Part shown: in pieces, positions 12,795 to 23,348 of the stretch
Layout: every line of letters starts with the position of its first letter
How positions within the stretch are numbered: position 1 is the stretch's first letter
Origin: Planctomycetota bacterium
GTDB lineage: Bacteria > Planctomycetota > GCA-002687715 > DRQF01
Reading direction: 5' to 3'
Assembly: GCA_036479435.1 (NCBI GenBank)
Contig: JAZGFI010000243.1
Span: 1-64,000, forward strand
DNA: 64,000 bases
Program-made: the position numbers and the translations under genes
The notes under the pieces: generated by a model
The model's input: the letters and a program-made list of their open reading frames with translations, nothing else
Told to the model about the DNA's origin: nothing
Databases searched by the model: none

Positions 12795-14336
12795 CTAACG
12801 CCAGGCGATGGGATCAAGTTTCACCAAAACTCCGTTGGTTCCCCCCCACTTGATGACGCGCCATTCAAGACGCGGGAGGTCACGGACCCAAGCGGCGGAG
12901 TCGATCAAGTTACGGGGATAGAGAATCCAAACATTCTCGATTCCCTGGCTTAGGGCCGCCATCTCTTTGCGAGCACCGTCGAAACTCTCGCGGTCTTTTA
13001 CGCCGGGAATAATCGGAGCGTGGGTGTAGAAGCGGTCGGCGGAGAGCGGGCCGGGCATCAGTAGGAGGTCTTTTGAGCCCACGATCTCATTGATGTCGTC
13101 TCCGCGCCTTTGAAAAACGTCGGTCGCGTAACTAGCGTGCGAGTCGATGCCCGCTACCGTTCCGGTCGCGACCACCGAAAAAGTGACGGCCGTCGCCACC
13201 ATCCCCTTGATCACCGCCGCCTGCGACGACCAACGCGATAAGGCCTGAGCAAGACCTGCCGCCAAAAAATCGATCCCGATGACGACCAGGCATGAGATCC
13301 CCGCGACGGCGGGCAGACTCCAAAAGTCATGCATCGCCGCGTGACCAGGAAAGGCGACGTTGGGAAACATGCCAGAGATGAACCCGAAACACGCGATACG
13401 CTCAAAGACGGCCTCGCGACCTTGCTTCCAAAGGCGCCACAGGGCCACCGCCAATCCCACGAGCATGAGGCACAAAGGCAGAGCCCCGAATCCGCGCCAC
13501 AAAAACGTCCCCACTCCGGTCAGATACACCGACAGCTCTGGCCGAGGATCGCCGCGCGTAAAGAGCTTCAAAAAGGCTGAGGACAAGTTAGCATCCATCG
13601 CCAGGTGATGGCTCAACCAAAACAGCCAGCCCATTTGTGCCAGTAAAGCAAGACCAAGCGGCAGCCCCACCAAGGTGCCAACACGCAACAAGCTGCGCCG
13701 TCGATTCGATGCAAACAACAGTTCGAAACTGGCGCCGAGAAAAATCCCGTAGGAAAACCATCCCAGGCTTCCCGCAAGGAACGAGGCGCAAAAAAGGTGG
13801 ACGCCCGAGCTAAGCCTCGGCTTGCGGTCATGCCGAAACCAAGCCCACAAGACCCAGGCAATCGCCGCCGCCGACATCGGCGTGGGTTCGACCATGTTCA
13901 GATAGTGAATGACTATTGGGAAGCTAGGAATGATCAAGACGACGCCAGCTCGACGCCAAGGACCCCAGCGACCCGCGGGAATCGCCAAGAAGGAAAAGAC
14001 CACCAAGGCGATGAGAAAGCCAAGGAAGGGCAATCGCAAGGCGCCAACATCGGTCCCGAAAAAGTGAAAAGAAGCGTAGGTGATGGCGTAAGGCAAAAGC
14101 GTGTGATGAACGTTCGGCCACAGAAAGTCCGGGTCCGTGTCACTCCACAACAAAGTTGGAAGCCCGCCTGTCGCCCAAAACCCTCGGTTCTCGTAAAACT
14201 GCGCGGCGTATCCGTAGTACGCGCCACCGTTTGTGCCGTCAAAACTCGCATCCCAAGGCTCATCGATCCAAGACCAATGGAGACAAAGCACAAAGATGAG
14301 GCCCGAGAACGCCAACCAGGGCAACATGCGACGCAT
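12795..14336 (-). CDS. Polytopic membrane protein, probable GT-C (ArnT/PMT-like) glycosyltransferase
   Basis: Many TM segments; HHTLLPY...FFG...ALRLP in the first loop, as in ArnT-like proteins. Confidence 0.55.
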   Translation of the reverse strand: MRRMLPWLAFSGLIFVLCLHWSWIDEPWDASFDGTNGGAYYGYAAQFYENRGFWATGGLPTLLWSDTDPDFLWPNVHHTLLPYAITYASFHFFGTDVGALRLPFLGFLIALVVFSFLAIPAGRWGPWRRAGVVLIIPSFPIVIHYLNMVEPTPMSAAAIAWVLWAWFRHDRKPRLSSGVHLFCASFLAGSLGWFSYGIFLGASFELLFASNRRRSLLRVGTLVGLPLGLALLAQMGWLFWLSHHLAMDANLSSAFLKLFTRGDPRPELSVYLTGVGTFLWRGFGALPLCLMLVGLAVALWRLWKQGREAVFERIACFGFISGMFPNVAFPGHAAMHDFWSLPAVAGISCLVVIGIDFLAAGLAQALSRWSSQAAVIKGMVATAVTFSVVATGTVAGIDSHASYATDVFQRRGDDINEIVGSKDLLLMPGPLSADRFYTHAPIIPGVKDRESFDGARKEMAALSQGIENVWILYPRNLIDSAAWVRDLPRLEWRVIKWGGTNGVLVKLDPIAWR

Positions 14337-14536
14337 GGAAGCTAAGTTAACTGGGGGCACTATCACTCTCCGATCGAAGGCAGATCATAGCATTCGCTGG
14401 CCTCGACCACCCCTTGATCGCGAACGACAGATGCACGACTTTCGCCGCCAAGCCCTCGACGGCGCCCGAACACAAGACGGCCCTTGGCGAGCGCGCCAAG
14501 GGCCGTAACTGTTTGCGAATCGGAAGCGAGTGTCGC

Positions 14537-15517
14537 TTAGAGCAGATCACTCACGATGGCTTTTTCTTCTTTGAGTTCGGCCACCGAAATCATGAGCTTC
14601 CCTTGGGCAAACTCTGAGAGTTCGAGGTCGCCGACGATTGAGTAGCCGCCCTTGCCGTCGCAACGGACGGGGAAGCCGCAAATGAGGCCTTCGGGGACGC
14701 CGTAACTGCCATCGCTTTCAACCGCCATGCTGACCGCGACGCCGTCGGTGCCAAACTCCCAATCGCGCATGTGATCCAAGGCGGCGTTGGCGGCGCTGGC
14801 GGCAGAAGAAAGGCCGCGGGCGTTGATGATTGCCGCCCCGCGCTTTTGCACGGTGCTAATGAAATCACCTTCGAGCCAAGAGCGCCCGCCGCAAGCGTCG
14901 GTGGCGGATTGACCCGCAACGCTGGCGTTTTCGAAATCGGGATACTGCGTGGCGGAGTGGTTACCGAAGATGGTGACGCCGGCAACTTCGCTGACCATCT
15001 TACCCGCCTTGTTGGCGAGCTGGGCCATGGCGCGGTTGTGGTCGAGGCGCGTCATCGCCGTGAACGCCGACTTCGGCAAGTCTGGCGCGTGGTGCATGGC
15101 AATCAAGCAGTTGGTGTTGCAGGGGTTGCCGACCACGACGACGCGGACGTCGCGCGCAGCGTGATCGTTGAGCGCCTTGCCCTGACCCGTGAAGATCGGG
15201 CCGTTATCGAGAATGAGGTCTTTGCGTTCCATGCCCTTGCTACGCGGCTTCGAGCCGACCAAGAACGCGCGATGAGTACCCTTGAAAGCCACGTTGGGGT
15301 CATCGGAAGTTTCGACACCTGCGAGCAAGGGGAAGGCGCAGTCATCGAGCTCCATCACGACGCCTTCGAGCGCCTTCATGGCCGGCGTGATCTCAAGCAG
15401 TTGCAAGATGACGGGTTGGTCCGCGCCAAAGACGGCACCGGAAGCGATTCGAAACAAAAGGCTGTAGCCGATTTGACCGGCACCGCCGGTTATCGCCACG
15501 CGCAAAGGGGTCTTCAT
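14537..15517 (-). CDS. mdh: Malate dehydrogenase
   Basis: [38 protein letters not shown] and GNHS; AAGGAG RBS. Confidence 0.97.
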   Translation of the reverse strand: MKTPLRVAITGGAGQIGYSLLFRIASGAVFGADQPVILQLLEITPAMKALEGVVMELDDCAFPLLAGVETSDDPNVAFKGTHRAFLVGSKPRSKGMERKDLILDNGPIFTGQGKALNDHAARDVRVVVVGNPCNTNCLIAMHHAPDLPKSAFTAMTRLDHNRAMAQLANKAGKMVSEVAGVTIFGNHSATQYPDFENASVAGQSATDACGGRSWLEGDFISTVQKRGAAIINARGLSSAASAANAALDHMRDWEFGTDGVAVSMAVESDGSYGVPEGLICGFPVRCDGKGGYSIVGDLELSEFAQGKLMISVAELKEEKAIVSDLL

Positions 15518-15572
15518 TGCGTACTCCTTACTCAACCCGGCTGATGCCGCCAGGTCCTAGATGATGCCAAAT

Positions 15573-16106
15573 TTAGTCCGTCTGGACGCGCGCCAAGCGC
15601 GCCAAGATTTGTCCTAAGTCCACTTGAGCTCCTTCTTCGCCATCGAGGGTTTCAACCACGGCGTCAAAGGGGGCTTTTAGTTCGTGTTCCATCTTCATCG
15701 CCTCAACGATCAAGACGGTGTCGCCTTCTTTCAGGGTATCGCCGACCGAGACTGCCACCTTGACGATCTTGCCGGTCATCGGCGCCTTGATGTCGGCATG
15801 ACTGGCGTCGTTGACGGCGGCCTCGACCGCGCTGGCCTCGACTCGGTCGAAGCGGTAATGACGTCCGCCCGTGGCTAAATAAACGCTGGAGCCTAAACGG
15901 TGCCAAAACACTCGGGTGCTGCGGCCGTCCTTGCGCAGAAGTAGTTCTCCCGCGGAATCGACCAATTTCTCGAGACTTTGTTCGAGATCGTTCCATTCAA
16001 CCGTCAAGGCATGATCAGCGACGAGGCTTTCGAATCGCAGCTCGGTAGGCAAGTCGTCATGGATACCGCTTTTGACCCGAGCCAGTCGCAAAGTCTTTTT
16101 ACTCAT
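15573..16106 (-). CDS. Biotin carboxyl carrier subunit (BT-like linker + biotinyl domain)
   Basis: APMTGKIV...VEAMKMEHELKAP; start overlaps the upstream stop (TGATG). Confidence 0.9.
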   Translation of the reverse strand: MSKKTLRLARVKSGIHDDLPTELRFESLVADHALTVEWNDLEQSLEKLVDSAGELLLRKDGRSTRVFWHRLGSSVYLATGGRHYRFDRVEASAVEAAVNDASHADIKAPMTGKIVKVAVSVGDTLKEGDTVLIVEAMKMEHELKAPFDAVVETLDGEEGAQVDLGQILARLARVQTD

Positions 16107-17632
16107 CAGTCGGCTTTTCCCTGTAAGGCCCGCCAGGGGCCTTCGCGATCAAAAGGCGAGTAGACGTCGGCATCGGCACTCATGGATGCCTCCGAGCCCT
16201 CACCGGATCTCGTTGCGCGCTTTCCAAAGGCACAAGCTGCGGCCGCATAGAGCAAGGCTTTGTCGTTGGGGTCGTCGAAAAAACCGTCCTCGGCAATCCA
16301 ACCCTCAAGACTATCAATCGCAAACTTTGCCTTGGCAAATCGCTCATCCTCTAAGACTCGAACGAGAAAGCCTGAGTTGGTGGTGATGCCGAGCAAAGCG
16401 AGATCGCCAAAGGCGCGCAACAAGCGGCGGCGCGCCGAGTCACGATCGGGCCCCCAAGCGATGAGCTTCGCAATCATGGGGTCGTAGTCGACACCCACTT
16501 CACCCTCACCTTCAAGAGCGCCGTCATAACGAATACCCGGGCCTTCCGGCCGGTGTACTGCCAAGACCGGGCCCGGCGTCGGCAAGAATCCGGCCTCCGG
16601 ATCTTCGGCGTAGATGCGGGCTTCGATGGCGTGGCCACGGGGCTTGGCGTCGCGAAGGGACTGAGGTATCCCGTTTCCTTCGGCGACCGCGATTTGGGCC
16701 GCCACAAGGTCGACGCCGTAGACCATCTCGGTCACCGGATGCTCGACCTGCAAACGAGTGTTCATTTCGAGAAAATAGTGTTCGCCCTTGGGGCCCAGCA
16801 GGAACTCGACGGTTCCGGCGCCGGCGTACTTGAGGGATTTTGTGAGCGACAAAGCCGAAGCTTCCATGCGCTCCCGAATCGCCTCGTCGACGACGGGAGA
16901 TGGACACTCCTCTATCACTTTTTGGTGGCGGCGCTGCAAGCTGCACTCGCGTTCACCCAAAGCCACCGCGTCGCCTTGACCGTCGCCGAAGACTTGAATC
17001 TCGATGTGGCGGGCGGGCCGCACGAGTTTCTCGACGATGAGCGTGTCGTTATCAAAAGCCGCCTTCGCGATGCGGCGGGCGGCTTGGCTTTTCTCTTTCA
17101 TCTCGTCGGCCGCGTGCACCTCAACCATGCCCTTGCCGCCGCCGCCGGCCGAAGGCTTCAGCAGTACCGGATAACCGATCTTAGTCCCGGCGGCGGCGAG
17201 GTCGTCGTCAGCGACTTCCGCCAAGCCCGGTACCGTGAGCACGCCCGCGGCTTCGGCAATCTTGCGAGCGCGAGCCTTGTCACCAAGTTCAAACATCGGG
17301 GCTTGCGAAGGTCCAATGAAAACTAAGCCCGCTTCTTCGCAAGCCCCGACGAACTTGGGATTCTCGGCCAAAAATCCGTAGCCGGGATGAATCGCGTCGG
17401 CGCCGGTGGCGCGCGCCGCCTCGATGATCTTGTCGATGGATAGGTAACTCTCATTCGCTGGCGCGGGCCCAATGCACCGCGACTCGTCCGCGACCCTGCG
17501 GTGGAGGGCCTCCGCATCGGCTTCGCTGTAGACGGCCACGATGGCAATTCCCAACTCTCGAAGAGTCCGAGCGATACGCACGGCAATCTCGCCGCGATTC
17601 GCGATCAAGACCTTGTTGATTCGTCGCCTCAC
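16106..17632 (-). CDS. Biotin carboxylase subunit of 3-methylcrotonyl-CoA carboxylase (LiuD-like)
   Basis: IANRGEIAVR, HPGYGFLAEN, GGGGKGM, ERECSLQRRHQK and EMNTRLQVEHPVTE; liu-cluster context. Confidence 0.9.
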   Translation of the reverse strand: MRRRINKVLIANRGEIAVRIARTLRELGIAIVAVYSEADAEALHRRVADESRCIGPAPANESYLSIDKIIEAARATGADAIHPGYGFLAENPKFVGACEEAGLVFIGPSQAPMFELGDKARARKIAEAAGVLTVPGLAEVADDDLAAAGTKIGYPVLLKPSAGGGGKGMVEVHAADEMKEKSQAARRIAKAAFDNDTLIVEKLVRPARHIEIQVFGDGQGDAVALGERECSLQRRHQKVIEECPSPVVDEAIRERMEASALSLTKSLKYAGAGTVEFLLGPKGEHYFLEMNTRLQVEHPVTEMVYGVDLVAAQIAVAEGNGIPQSLRDAKPRGHAIEARIYAEDPEAGFLPTPGPVLAVHRPEGPGIRYDGALEGEGEVGVDYDPMIAKLIAWGPDRDSARRRLLRAFGDLALLGITTNSGFLVRVLEDERFAKAKFAIDSLEGWIAEDGFFDDPNDKALLYAAAACAFGKRATRSGEGSEASMSADADVYSPFDREGPWRALQGKAD

Positions 17633-18450
17633 GGCTTTTTGCCCTTTCGCTCGTCATTCAGTGGCACCCACGACGCGAGTCGCTTGTCCAAAAATGCCGC
17701 CATTCCCTCTTGCCCCTCTTCAGAGCCGCGCATCTTGGCGATCCAAGTTGCCGTCTGGTCGGCCGCGGCCTCAATTCCCAGTCCAGAAACTTCAGCGATG
17801 AGGCGTTTTGCTTCACGCGAAGCTATCGGACCGGCACGCAAGAACTCCTTAGCGAAAGCCAAAGCCTCATCTTCGAGTTGTTCGACGGGGACTGACTTTT
17901 GGGCCAAGCCGATGCGTGCGGCCTCCGTCCCGTCGAAGATTTCGCCGGAACAAAAGTAACGCCGGGCGTGAACTTCGCCGACCTTGCGCAGCACGAAGGG
18001 TGAAATGACCGATGGGATAATACCTAGTCTTACTTCGGTGAACCCAATCTTGGCGTCATCGGCCACGAAGCCGAAGTCCGCCGCCGCCAAAAGGCCCGCG
18101 CCCCCACCGAGAGCCGCTCCCTGCACCAAAGCCAACACTGGTACCGGACACTCGGCGATCGATGCAAACATCGCCGCCATTTGAAGCGCGCTTTGTTTGT
18201 TGGCGTCAAAACTGAGTTTGGCGCTGGCCTTCATCCAGTTGAGATCGGCACCCGCCGAGAAGCTCTTTCCCTCGCCACGCAAGATGACCAGTCGCAAGCT
18301 CTCTTCCATGGCATCTTGGTTGAAGCAGCGGTGTAGCTCGTCGATAACTTCGGCGTTGAAGGCATTGCGAACTTCGGGACGCTGTAGCGTCACATGCAAA
18401 ATGTCGAAGTCGTCGCGAATGAGCTCGATGGTCTGATAACTGCCGGCCAT
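17629..18450 (-). CDS. liuC: Methylglutaconyl-CoA hydratase (crotonase family)
   Basis: RPEVRNAFN, FSAGADLNWMK, ALGGGAGL and FTEVRLGIIP; sits between the MCC subunits. Confidence 0.85.
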   Translation of the reverse strand: MAGSYQTIELIRDDFDILHVTLQRPEVRNAFNAEVIDELHRCFNQDAMEESLRLVILRGEGKSFSAGADLNWMKASAKLSFDANKQSALQMAAMFASIAECPVPVLALVQGAALGGGAGLLAAADFGFVADDAKIGFTEVRLGIIPSVISPFVLRKVGEVHARRYFCSGEIFDGTEAARIGLAQKSVPVEQLEDEALAFAKEFLRAGPIASREAKRLIAEVSGLGIEAAADQTATWIAKMRGSEEGQEGMAAFLDKRLASWVPLNDERKGKKP

Positions 18451-18489
18451 TGTCTGTTCCTTGCCTTTGTTGCCCTTGTCTTGGGTGGC

Positions 18490-20097
18490 TTACATGCGAA
18501 ACACGGCGAATTGGGAGTCTTCCACCGGCGCATTGAGGGCGGCCGAAATGGAAAGCCCAAGAACCGTTCGTGTGTCTGCGGGGTCAATGACACCGTCGTC
18601 CCAAAGACGGGCGGTGCTGTAGTAGGGGTGCCCTTCAGTTTCGTACTTTTCCAAGATCGGAGCGCGCATAGCCTCTTCGTCCGCCGCCGACATGGTTTCG
18701 CCGCGGCGCTCGAGTTGATCTTTTTTGACCGTCGTTAGGACGCCAGCCGCCTGTTCGCCGCCCATGACGGAGATACGCGCATTGGGCCACATGAACAAAA
18801 AGCGCGGGTCGTAGGCGCGGCCGCACATGCCGTAGTTACCGGCACCGAAAGAACCGCCGATGATGACGGTGAATTTGGGAACGCCCACCGTCGCCACGGC
18901 TTGAACGAGCTTGGCGCCGTCGCGGGCGATCCCGCCGTTTTCGTAGCGTTTGCCGACCATGAAACCAGTGATGTTCTGCAAGAACACCAGCGGGATTTTA
19001 CGTTGACCACAAAGCTGGACGAAGTGGGCCCCTTTCAGCGAGGACTCCGAAAACAGTACGCCGTTGTTGGCGATGATGCCTACCGGATAGCCCATCAGAT
19101 GAGCAAAGCCGCAGACTAGAGTATTGCCGTACTCGCGTTTGAACTCGTGGAATCGACTTCCGTCGACTAAGCGAGCGATCACTTCGCGAACGTCGTAGGG
19201 CTTGCGCGTGTCGGCGGAGACCACGCCGTAGATTTCCTCGGCCGGAAAGATCGGGGCTTCCGGGGTTTCGAGGGCGAGATCGACCCGCTTTTTGACGTTG
19301 AGATTCGCCACGATATCGCGGGCGATCTGAAGCGCGTGATGGTCATTCTCGGCGAGGTGATCCGTCACGCCGGAAATCTTGCAGTGGACTTCAGCGCCGC
19401 CGAGTTCTTCAGCGCTGACAACTTCGCCGGTTGCGGCCTTGACGAGGGGCGGGCCCGCCAAGAAAATCGTGCCGTTGCCGCGAACGATGACGCTCTCGTC
19501 GGACATGGCTGGCACATAGGCCCCGCCGGCGGTGCAAGAGCCCATGACCACGGCGACCTGAGGGATCTTAGCGGCCGACATCCGCGCTTGATTGAAGAAG
19601 ATGCGGCCGAAGTGTTCACGGTCGGGGAAAACTTCATCTTGGAGAGGCAAAAACGCGCCCCCCGAGTCCACGAGGTAGACACAGGGAAGGCGGTTTTCGA
19701 GCGCGATATTTTGCGCTCGAATGTGTTTCTTGACGGTCAGCGGAAAGTAAGTGCCGCCTTTTACCGTCGCGTCGTTGGCCACGATCATGCACTCAATGCC
19801 GCTGATCCGACCGACTCCCGTGACCAAGCTCGCGGAAGGTACGGGAGAGTCATAAACCCCGTGGGCCGCCAATGTCGACAATTCCAAAAAGGGAGTATCG
19901 GGGTCCAGCAAGGCCTCGATGCGATCGCGTACAAAGAGCTTTCCGCGCGACTCGTGGAGCTCTCGGGATCGTTTCGAGCCGCCACCTTGGACCGCCGTGA
20001 CCTGGTCCCTAAGGTCCGCAACGGCCGCCGACATCGATTCGAAGTTAGCGCGGAACTCCTCGCTTTCGGGGCGAATCTGGCTCTTCAAGACGCTCAT
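18490..20097 (-). CDS. liuB: 3-methylcrotonyl-CoA carboxylase carboxyltransferase (beta) subunit
   Basis: [42 protein letters not shown] and ARLWDDG motifs. Confidence 0.93.
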   Translation of the reverse strand: MSVLKSQIRPESEEFRANFESMSAAVADLRDQVTAVQGGGSKRSRELHESRGKLFVRDRIEALLDPDTPFLELSTLAAHGVYDSPVPSASLVTGVGRISGIECMIVANDATVKGGTYFPLTVKKHIRAQNIALENRLPCVYLVDSGGAFLPLQDEVFPDREHFGRIFFNQARMSAAKIPQVAVVMGSCTAGGAYVPAMSDESVIVRGNGTIFLAGPPLVKAATGEVVSAEELGGAEVHCKISGVTDHLAENDHHALQIARDIVANLNVKKRVDLALETPEAPIFPAEEIYGVVSADTRKPYDVREVIARLVDGSRFHEFKREYGNTLVCGFAHLMGYPVGIIANNGVLFSESSLKGAHFVQLCGQRKIPLVFLQNITGFMVGKRYENGGIARDGAKLVQAVATVGVPKFTVIIGGSFGAGNYGMCGRAYDPRFLFMWPNARISVMGGEQAAGVLTTVKKDQLERRGETMSAADEEAMRAPILEKYETEGHPYYSTARLWDDGVIDPADTRTVLGLSISAALNAPVEDSQFAVFRM

Positions 20098-20726
20098 GAG
20101 GGCTCCGCAACGGTGGTGGTGATCCAAGTGAGAGCGCAAGGCCCTCCAGAGGTGGCCGACGACGGAATGTGGCGACCGACCTCCCCCTGGACGCGGATTC
20201 TATCGACCACAAGGCCTGACCTTCAAATGACCTGGGGTCATTCCAGCGAGATCCGGCGAGCGTTGATCGAAAAGGGATTTCGCGTAGACTATGGTCACGG
20301 TTGGGGTGTTTGATTCGCCTCTCGCCGAGGTCTGCGGCCTCTCGATGGAGAAATTTCTAGTCTGTTTGGCCTGGGGAGGCCGACAAAGGACAAGATCTGG
20401 TGTCCGCGACAATAAGCTCGCTCTTCGCAGAGTCCCGAAGGCCCAATTCGGCCCGAAGATACTGCCGAATACGAGTTTACGGCGATTTTCTGAAGCGATC
20501 TGACACCGGGGAACGGGTTCGATCCGCGTGTGCGGAACGTCAACCCGACGACAAACACGGACGGCCGCCGCCACCAAGGCCGGCGAGGGCTGAGCTGATA
20601 CGCGATCATCGCGAGAGTTCGCCCCGGCAGTGCAGCGGCCCAAACTCGGTACGCAACCCGCTCTGAATGCGGAGAGGTACCCAGAGGAAAACGGCATCCA
20701 ATGCCGAATAGGAACACCAAAACAAC

Positions 20727-22973
20727 ATGGAATTCAACGAGCTCGAGCTCAGCGAGCCGATGCGCGCTAGTTTGGCGCGACAAGGCTTCATTACGGCCAC
20801 TCCCATTCAAGAAAAGGCCCTTCCCTTCCTCCTAAGAGGACGGGACATCGTCGGAAAAGCCGAAACTGGCTCCGGCAAGACCCTCGCATTTGGCCTGCCT
20901 TTGATCGAAAAAGTGGAAGCAGGTCGGGTCAGCATCCAAGCCCTCGTCATCTTGCCTACGCGAGAATTGGCGCAACAAGTTGCGCTGGATCTCGAAGAAC
21001 TGGGCAAAGAAAAGGGCGTCAAAGTCGCTCTCGTCACCGGTGGCGTCCACATCCGAACCCAGCGCATGCGCATCCCCGGCCGCCAGGTCGTGGTCGGTAC
21101 CCCCGGACGCCTCCTCGACCTGCTGGAAGATCGCTTTTTGCCGATCGAGTGGGTTGAGTACTTCGTGCTTGACGAGTTCGACCGATTGCTCGACATGGGC
21201 TTTTTGGACGACATCAAAAGGATCGTCAAACGCCTGCCGCGCGAACGCCAAACCGCGCTCTTCAGCGCAACCGCGCCCGAAGAAATCATGAAACACGCGC
21301 ACGGACTTCTGCGCGATCCAGCCCAAGTCGAGACGAGTTCGGGAACCGTTACCGCCGCGAATGCCGAGCAGCGCGCCATCCGCACCAAAAGCGTCCACAA
21401 GATCGCGGTGCTTGAGAAACTGCTCGAGGAATGCCGCGATCTCGACGAGTCCGTCATCGTTTTTTGCAACACCAAACGCATGGTGAGGCAGCTCGATCGC
21501 GAACTATGGGGACGCGACTTTTCGGTTGCCGCGATCTCTGGAGATTACGAACAGTCGACCCGCTTTAAGGTCATCGAACGCTTCCGCAATCTCGAGGTGA
21601 AGATCTTAGTGGCGACGGATGTCGCCGCCCGTGGGCTCGACATCGACCATGTCGGCCACGTCATCAACTTCGATGTGCCCTTCGAGGTTGAAGACTACGT
21701 CCACCGCATCGGCCGCACGGCACGCGCGGGGCGAGATGGCATGGTCACGACTTTGGTTGGCGATCAGGACTATCAAGCCTTCAAGCGCGTGGTTCATGAG
21801 ATCGATCAGGACATTGAGATGATCAAGGAACCGGGACGCGGAGCCAAGCGTCGTGCGGTTTCGAAGTCCGCGTTCAACACGAAGAAGGTGGCGGAAAAAG
21901 ATGCCGACGGCGGCGCAGCTCAGGTCGCCGAAAATCCTCAAGACACGGCATTCGGGTTCGGCCTCGATCCTGCTGGGGCGACGGATGCCAGGCCCGCGCC
22001 AAAGTCCGCGGCCAAGGAAGGCACAAAGAAGGTAGCCGCACCGGCTCCGGTCAGACAGCGCAGCGAAGCCATCTACGCCGATGAGTTCGATGACGAGCAA
22101 GATGATCGGCCCGACTTTGGTGAAGGTGAACGCTCACCTTCGCCCCGACGTTCACGCGGTGCTGGCCGCGAGCGCGGGCGACAAGATAAAGGTCCCAGGC
22201 AAGAGGGGGCTCGGGACGAGAGTCGCCAAGAACGTCCACGCCGCCCGCGTTCATCTGAGGACGAACGCAACGAAGAGTCTCCCCGCTCGCGCCGTGGCTC
22301 GCGGCCAAACGAGGAGCGAGGCCACAGTGACGAGAGACCAAGGCGCACTTCCGGTAGCAATTCGCCCACCGAAGAAAGCCGCGATTCCCGTCGAGGTCGT
22401 AGCCGTGGTGGCCGCGGGCGTGGTCGTGATCGCACGAATGATGGCGACCGGGATCAAACAGGAAGTCGCGACGAGAGCCGCAGTCGCAGCAACGAAGGTA
22501 GCGGTCGAGGCCGCAATCGAGATCAACGGCAAGATCGTGATCAACAACGCGACCAAGACCAAGACCGTGGCCGCAATCGAGATCAAAATCGAGATCAAAA
22601 TCGAGATCAAAATCGAGATCAAAATCGAGATCAAAATCGAGATCAAAATCGAGACCAGGATCGCAACCGCGACCAAAAAAGGGACCGAGGGCCGTCCAGA
22701 GATCGCCAACAGAATCAGGGCACCCAGAGTTCCCGCGATTCTGAACGCAAAGAGAACAGCGAAGATCACGACAGCTCGCGCGGACGTAACCGCAGCGGAC
22801 GCCGCAGCCGCCACGACCATCAACGATGGGAAGAAGAACAACTCAAAAAGCCTACCGGCATGATCACTGACGACCGAGACGGTCTCGATGAGATCTCTAG
22901 GTCGGAAGGTTCACAGGGATCAGCATCGCGTCGCCGCCGGGGCCGCGGACGAGGCCGCGGGCGCACTAGCTAA
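20727..22973 (+). CDS. DEAD-box RNA helicase with long R/D/S/Q-rich disordered tail
   Basis: Q motif TPIQ, AETGSGKT, PTRELA, TPGR, DEFD, SAT, ARGLD and HRIGRTAR; about 370-aa low-complexity C-terminus. Confidence 0.93.
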   Translation: MEFNELELSEPMRASLARQGFITATPIQEKALPFLLRGRDIVGKAETGSGKTLAFGLPLIEKVEAGRVSIQALVILPTRELAQQVALDLEELGKEKGVKVALVTGGVHIRTQRMRIPGRQVVVGTPGRLLDLLEDRFLPIEWVEYFVLDEFDRLLDMGFLDDIKRIVKRLPRERQTALFSATAPEEIMKHAHGLLRDPAQVETSSGTVTAANAEQRAIRTKSVHKIAVLEKLLEECRDLDESVIVFCNTKRMVRQLDRELWGRDFSVAAISGDYEQSTRFKVIERFRNLEVKILVATDVAARGLDIDHVGHVINFDVPFEVEDYVHRIGRTARAGRDGMVTTLVGDQDYQAFKRVVHEIDQDIEMIKEPGRGAKRRAVSKSAFNTKKVAEKDADGGAAQVAENPQDTAFGFGLDPAGATDARPAPKSAAKEGTKKVAAPAPVRQRSEAIYADEFDDEQDDRPDFGEGERSPSPRRSRGAGRERGRQDKGPRQEGARDESRQERPRRPRSSEDERNEESPRSRRGSRPNEERGHSDERPRRTSGSNSPTEESRDSRRGRSRGGRGRGRDRTNDGDRDQTGSRDESRSRSNEGSGRGRNRDQRQDRDQQRDQDQDRGRNRDQNRDQNRDQNRDQNRDQNRDQNRDQDRNRDQKRDRGPSRDRQQNQGTQSSRDSERKENSEDHDSSRGRNRSGRRSRHDHQRWEEEQLKKPTGMITDDRDGLDEISRSEGSQGSASRRRRGRGRGRGRTS
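22575..22658 (+). repeat. 12-bp coding tandem repeat (AATCGAGATCAA)x6 plus one variant, encoding (NRDQ)7
   Basis: Direct inspection of the sequence. Confidence 0.95.
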
Positions 22974-23048
22974 CCGCAGCGAAGGATCGAACGATTCCAG
23001 ATCATGAAGTGGCGAAGATAGTCGCCACCATGATCATGGTCATTCTGC

Positions 23049-23224
23049 TGGCGATCTCGTCTGGAATTAAGGTGGGCTCCTTGGTGGGAACTTAGTCCGG
23101 CCAAGGTCCCTCTCCCGCTAAGCCGCGAGAAGTCACTCCGGCTTCCTGTCGTGTCCTCTCTTCAGCTTGAGAGTGTCTCCAATCCAGGGCACTTTTGCTT
23201 TCGCCTCGTCAGGGCAACGAGGCC
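23049..23224 (-). ncRNA. Candidate structured non-coding RNA (family unrecognised)
   Basis: A closing helix (23179-23187 with 23061-23070) that needs G-U pairs on the minus strand encloses three hairpins; no long ORF in the region. Confidence 0.3.
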
Positions 23225-23348
23225 TTATCTTGCTTTGCTACCGATACTTACAACAGATTTAGTGCGAGTGGCGCGCGGGATGCGTAAGGATGCTTAGGCC
23301 GCACCCAAAAAGGTCGGTCAACCGTCTTTTCGCTTAGGAGAAACCACC

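Noticed and set aside
20500..20535. GGTTCGATCC T-loop-like motif as a tRNA
   Set aside because: I could not build an acceptor stem, D arm or anticodon arm; it is probably part of the helicase leader region.
22575..22658. Tandem repeat as a CRISPR array
   Set aside because: The 12-bp units have no spacers, are in frame in a CDS, and no cas genes are in the window.
22081..22863. Alternative-frame ORFs with IEIK/ISIL repeats
   Set aside because: They are shadows of the 12-bp repeat within the helicase gene.
23195..23215. CTGACGA...GAAA on the minus strand as a hammerhead ribozyme core
   Set aside because: No GAAA follows a stem II in the right place, and the CTGACGA bases fall in a simple hairpin.
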